A stretch of DNA of 63,643 nt, the filler included, from Choristocarpus tenellus KU-1152 (taxonomy: Eukaryota; Protista; Phaeophyceae): the NCBI GenBank assembly GCA_964200185.2. It is 12 parts of 12 records of this genome, joined end to end, with 100 filler letters (N's around TTAATTAATTAA, not from the genome) between each part and the next. Parts side by side here need not be neighbours in the genome. Positions count along the whole stretch, not along the records: positions 60,976 to 63,643 come from CAXNAD020025798.1; 11 more parts are not named here. One strand, 5' to 3'. A model generated the notes under the pieces. That model made no database searches, was not told where the DNA came from, and worked only from the letters and a program-made list of their open reading frames with translations. Both the position numbers and the translations under genes were made by a program. How positions within the stretch are numbered: the first letter of the stretch is position 1; each line of letters starts with the position of its first letter. Positions 61,495 through 63,643 of the stretch are shown piece after piece.

Positions 61495-63600
61495 TCATCT
61501 AGTCAACACAGTGTCTACAAAGTCTTCTACCTGCTTCTTGCGCAATCTTTTGGTCAAGATGTCTGCAAGTTGGAGTGTTGTGGGTATATACTTCACTCTA
61601 AAAAATCCTTTATTGACATATTCCCTGGTGCATTTCAGCTTAATGTCGACATGCCTTGTTCTTCCGTTAAAGCCTTCAGTTACTGCTGCTTGGATCGCAC
61701 CTCGATTATCTCCATACCAAAACGTGACCCCTTTGAGTATGCCCAGCTCCCCCAGGATGTCTCTGAGGAATATTGCATGCCTCTTTCCATTCATCATCGC
61801 TGTCCATTCCGCCTCTGATGAAGATGTGGTTACAGCTCCCTACATCTTGGATTTCCATGCAACAGGTGCTCCATTGATGAGTATCAGATACCCTGTCACG
61901 CTCTGCCTTGATGCAGTGTAGTTGCCCCAGTCTGAGCCTCCATACCCGACCAGGCCCCCATTGTCCATTTCACCACCAGCAGGATAGTGTATCCCTACTT
62001 TTGTGGTGCCCGCCAGGTATCGCAGAACATGTTGTAGTCTTTTCCTGTGTCGATCTCATGGGGATGCTGCAAATCTTCCCAGTTCCCGCACACTGTTGGA
62101 TAGGTCTGGTCGTGTCATCCCGGCTAGGAACATAAGTTTCCCCAGGATGGTGTGGTAAGGTTTGTATTTCTGGTCCAGCTCCTCCTCGTCAGTTTTTCTT
62201 GCGGTCAGGTCCATTCCTGGGCTTAAAGGTGATGAGGTACTCCGTACTTCTGTGGATCCCATTCCTTCGTGAACAATGCTCTCTGCATAGAAATGTTGGT
62301 CTAGTGTGATGCCAGCCTCATCCCGGTTGATTGCCACCCCAACTAACTTGTGGCGTTGGATCGACTGCAATACCGAAATCCCGATCAGAGTCGTTTTCAG
62401 TATCAGAAATCTCTTCATCATCCGTCGAAGGTATGGTCTCTCTCTCCCCCACAAAGTCCATGATGTATTCGTCTAGCTCGAACGTCACGTGGGCTGAGGT
62501 TACCAACTTGGCCTCTTGAGGAAGCCAGATGTGCCAGCATAGTGACGTACGATCATGTCGCATGATGACCCTCACTTAGTGCATTAGTAAAAGTTTGAAC
62601 TGGCCCCCCTTTGCTGTTTCTCTTGTTGACGTAGCACTCACTCCCCCAGGCTTGAAGCCTATCATAATTGAATGTCTTGAACATTCTCTCGTTGTGTGAG
62701 GTTCTTTGCTAACAACCTTCCTCGCCAGGGTACCTCTGATATAGAAGATGGTTCTTGATGGTCTGGAGTAGATATTATTTACTTCCCAGACTTATAAGTC
62801 TTGTGCAGGTAGCCCTTTGCTGACAAGCTTCCTCTGTTTTCTTTTCTGGCTCCAACCCTGGTCCAGCTAATTCCTCCGCCTGTTTAGACGGCGTTGCTCT
62901 CCTCTGGCGACAAACGATCTGAAGGTTTCCTTTACCTCCACAGTTGTAGCATATTCCTTCGAAAGAACAAGGAAAAATATGCTTGATCAGACCACAGTTT
63001 AAACATCTTCTGTTGGTCCTGATCTCGTCTCTGGTAGGGGATCCTGTTGAGATATGGTCCGTATATTGACCAGTTGTATCTTGACCGCCTCCTCTGCTCT
63101 GACCTTCTGTGTTATCTTCCATGAGTTTATGGTCCCAGCGGCTAGAGTGCTCCCAGACCCCCCACGGTTAGCTCCTCCTTTCCTTTCTGGTAGAGGCTTA
63201 GTTTCTGCTCTACTCCCTTTGTGGCAGGTACAGCAATTGCTTTTCTCGTTCCGTAAGTAAGAATCTTGGGGTCTCCAATTGATGGGCATGCCCCCTTTAG
63301 GGACAAGTGTTGTGACGACTGCTCCAGGTCCATAGGCAGGCTCAGGCTCAGGCTCAGGCTCAGGTTCATGGTTCTGGCTCACGCTCAGGATTGCAGCTCC
63401 GACTGCGTTGCCTTGATTAATTCCATCATCTTGTCCCAGGGTTCCACTGCTCAATATTCGGCATGGCATACTAGGTACCCAAAGTATTTCCCTTGACCTC
63501 CAGTTGTTGCTCGTTATTGATTGTACCATATCCCATGTCTCCTTAGCCTCCAGCTTCCATTTGTGTCGAAGGTGCAGGTCCACTTTGTTGGGATGACGAT
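61495..63600 (-). mobile_element. Mosaic Ty1/copia remnant: protease piece, gag piece, integrase tail, RT 3' half, RNase H
   Basis: RNase H DNRGAI..RTRHVDIK..QLADILTK, RT LGKLMFLAGMTRPDLS, integrase tail similar to 4975-5285, gag knuckle similar to 59400-59680. Confidence 0.9.
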
Positions 63601-63643
63601 GATGATACTATTGCCCGTTTCAGCTTCCTGTAGCTTATATCGG

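Overview
Eukaryotic, intron-rich, TE-rich DNA, most likely from a brown alga (Phaeophyceae). The clues are a phaeophyte-like 18S fragment, ASAF-type bipartite plastid leaders, TTAGGG tracts and CRE-type retroelements. The window is not contiguous. It holds 12 short contigs joined by an identical artificial 100-bp linker (N..TTAATTAATTAA..N), so adjacency across linkers carries no information. Host genes were rebuilt by hand from splice sites and are mostly partial: an ankyrin(-TPR) protein, a probable ATM N-terminal segment, a decaying sulfotransferase, a head-to-head pair of plastid genes (MET1/ZKT-type PDZ protein and small 2Fe-2S ferredoxin), the RMI1 C-terminus, an ABHD/YheT hydrolase, an unknown winged-helix-like exon and a YeeZ-like SDR with a long C-terminal extension. 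The rest is degraded Ty1/copia and CRE-like retrotransposons, LTR-like repeats, two related MITE families, a foldback element with 183-bp arms, and micro/minisatellites. The most notable observations are a CpG-decay signature (unexpected for most brown algae), the foldback element, the sister MITEs and several GC-AG introns. No CRISPR or prokaryote-type system is supported. Family calls come from motif recognition, not database searches.
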